Below, piece after piece: positions 34,173 to 36,797 of a stretch of 36,797 bases of DNA; the stretch's first letter is position 1, and each line of letters starts with the position of its first letter. Origin of the DNA: Octopus bimaculoides (lineage: Eukaryota). Location of the stretch: NCBI RefSeq assembly GCF_001194135.2, contig NC_069001.1, positions 36,488,340 to 36,525,136 on the forward strand, read 5' to 3'. The notes beneath the pieces were generated by a model that saw only the letters and a list, made by a program, of their open reading frames with translations, had not been told where the DNA came from and did not search any database. The translations under genes were made by a program, and so were the position numbers.

Positions 34173-34557
34173 TTTCTTCTTTGTTTGGCTTTCAGCCAGA
34201 GGATTGTGGTCATGCTGGGGCATAGCCTTCAAAGAGTTTTAATCAATCACACCAACCATTTTTTTTCAGTCAGGTATTTATAAAATATAGATGTTTATTA
34301 GTGAAACCTCTAATTGGTTAAATCTGATTGAGCTGAACCTATACATGTTACATATTTGAATAAATCTTTCTTCAACTCACAAATAACCTAAGTCTGTCCT
34401 GCTCAGTTCTTTGCAAAGATCTATCGATTCTATGCTTTAGGGAAGGGGGCCCTTCCATGGGTCCCTTGAACAAAGCAGTTATGGGCACAGATATGCCTCC
34501 ATTTCTTGTCATCCTTTGTTCTTCAAGCATGGATGAAGCCCTTCAATAAATCCACAT

Positions 34558-34632
34558 CCTGCTAGAAATATCAGCCAAATTGTATTTTACTATGTTAAGA
34601 AAAGAAGGATACAATGGATAGTCTAGTCATGA
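34558..34632 (+). repeat. Short dispersed repeat (core gctagaaata..ag.caaat)
   Basis: Related degenerate cores near 1465-1500, 12325-12350 and 25765-25790. Confidence 0.45.
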
Positions 34633-35099
34633 ATGGTGTACATAATGCTCCAAAAGTTAAGAAAATGGCAACAGGGTGGCCATGGATGTATTGTTTTTGA
34701 TATCTCTGCAACAGCTAAAACCACCATCACAGCAATCACCATCCAAAAGACGATTCTCGTTTTACAATTTTACTCGTTTTTCTCCCTTATGTGTTATGGC
34801 CATGCTACAGCACCAACATTAATGATCTCCTTTCGTTCTTTCTTACACCAAACCATTTAATACTGCCATATGATATCATCATCCCCACCACCACCACCAT
34901 CTCGCTTCGACACTCCTCTTTTCTCTCTCTCTCTCTCTTCCTCCTCCCCACTCTACTATACGTCATACTTGATTGAAGAAACAAGACATATTCCACTGGT
35001 TGATAATATCCATTTATCCAATAATCCATTTGATAGGAATATATTATGGTACTTCAGGAACAAATGAACATTAACTCCTCACTAGCATGCTATATCAAC

Positions 35100-36002
35100 T
35101 TTCTGGAGCTTTATCTCTCTGTCTACTTGTCTGCCTGTCTGTGCCAGTCGGTCTATCTATCTTTCTGTCTTCCTATCTATCTATCTGTTTATCTATTCAT
35201 CTATGTTTTTGTCTATCTATTCTTCTATCTATCATTTTCTCCAAATATCTATCTATCTATGTATATGTATGTCATACTATCTGTTGATCTATCTATCCAT
35301 CCATTCATCTCTCTGTCTGTCTATCTGTCTATCTATTGGTCCATCTATCTATCTGTTTGATTATGTGTTTGTCCAGCCATTTGTCCATCCATTCACATAT
35401 CCCTACATCCATTTTTCTATTTATATAACTATCGATCCACACAAGTGTGTATCGTTCATCCTTCTAGCCATCCATCCATCTGTCCATCCTTTTTGTCCAG
35501 CTAACCATTCATTCATTCACACACACACATACACACATATATAGCTTTCTATCCAAATTTCCATTTATCCATGTATATCTATCTGCCTGTTTGCCTCTCT
35601 ATCTGTTTTCTATCTACCTATCTATCCATCTATCTATCCAACCAAACATCAGTCTATGTCTATATTTATCCATCTTCCTATCCATTCATTATGTGTGTAT
35701 TTATTTATTTATCCATCCATCCATCTACACACATATCAAACTGTATATCTATCTATCTATCTATCTTTCCATTCATCTACTTATCTCTCCAACCATCCTT
35801 CTATCCATTCATGTATCTATCAATCGATCTGTCTATCCATTTATGACTATCACTCTATCCATCCATCCATCTAATAATTGATCTGACTCTGTCTATCTAT
35901 TTGAGTAGGACTATCCAACCAACCAGCCTTCTTTCCACCTATCTATCCATCCATCCATTTATTTATGTCTATCCATCCATCAATCTATCTATTTCTCCAT
36001 CC

Positions 36003-36058
<56 letters not shown>

Positions 36059-36213
36059 GTCTGTCTATCCATCTATCTAGCCATCTGTCTGTCTGTCTAT
36101 CTATCCATCTGTCTATCCATCTATTTATCCATCTGTATCTATCTATCTATCTATCCATCTATTTATTCATCTGTCTATCTATATATATATATACATATAT
36201 ATATATATACATA

Positions 36214-36265
<52 letters not shown>

Positions 36266-36350
36266 TGCCTGCCTGCCTGCCTATCTTTTTATCTATCCCT
36301 ACACCGCATCATCCTTCCATCCATCCATCTTTCAATATCCACTACTTTTA
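35100..36350. repeat. Complex (ATCT/ATCC/GTCT)n tetranucleotide satellite with a (TA)n core
   Basis: Direct reading; source of the SIYL-rich pseudo-ORFs. Confidence 0.95.
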
Positions 36351-36538
36351 CCAATCTTCTTGAAGGGCAACTCAACAACTCACACAAGCTGTATGCTACC
36401 AACACACTCAGATACCAACATCTTTACTAAAAGTACTGACACCAGCACTATACACTCCTCCTCCCCCTCTTGGATATTGGCAAACACTTTTCCCTCCCAA
36501 TGACATCATCAATATTATCAATGCATACATACAGATGC

Positions 36539-36578
<40 letters not shown>

Positions 36579-36749
36579 AATCTAGTTTTCCAATTGTTGC
36601 TAGTTTCTAGTTGGGTATAAACAACAAAGTTCTTATTTTCATACAATTCTAATGACTTGCGTTGTTTAATGTTGTGTGTGTATGACGTATAGATAGATGT
36701 ATATGTGTGTAAGTATATATGTACATGTTTGTGTATGCATATATATATA

Positions 36750-36797
<48 letters not shown>

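Noticed and set aside
34420-34560. GC-richer stretch resembling an exon or LINE fragment on the minus strand
   Set aside because: All three frames stop within about 50 nt; motif similarity too weak to call.
1763-36363. Most ORFs in the supplied track (YIYI, CVCV, SIYL, HTHT, poly-I/poly-X products)
   Set aside because: They are translations of microsatellites, SINEs or N gaps with no recognisable domain or splice context.

Overview
AT-rich eukaryotic draft scaffold with 12 N gaps and abundant microsatellites. Its dispersed repeats match what I recall of octopus (coleoid cephalopod) SINE, RTE and MITE families. The only protein-coding sequence I can support is one 75-nt exon at 298-372 (+), encoding IRKLRRELDSAQDKVSTLTTQLSTN, a coiled-coil segment of a neuron navigator (NAV/unc-53/sickie) gene. 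The expected next exon is not visible, so the remaining ~36.4 kb is probably one large intron. That region holds three SINE/LINE-tail families, piggyBac-like and hAT-like MITEs, minisatellites and simple repeats. The other listed ORFs are microsatellite, gap or repeat artefacts. The most interesting signal is a set of about eight type I hammerhead-ribozyme-like motifs (CTGANGA, stem II, GAAA, palindromic stem III, NTH) of the kind known from Penelope-like retroelements. Most have an unusually long or branched stem II, and most sit in short elements that abut (TA)n tracts. One copy (18528-18618, minus) is structurally complete and lies in a 125-bp inverted repeat. All structures were paired by eye; no activity or database match has been tested.
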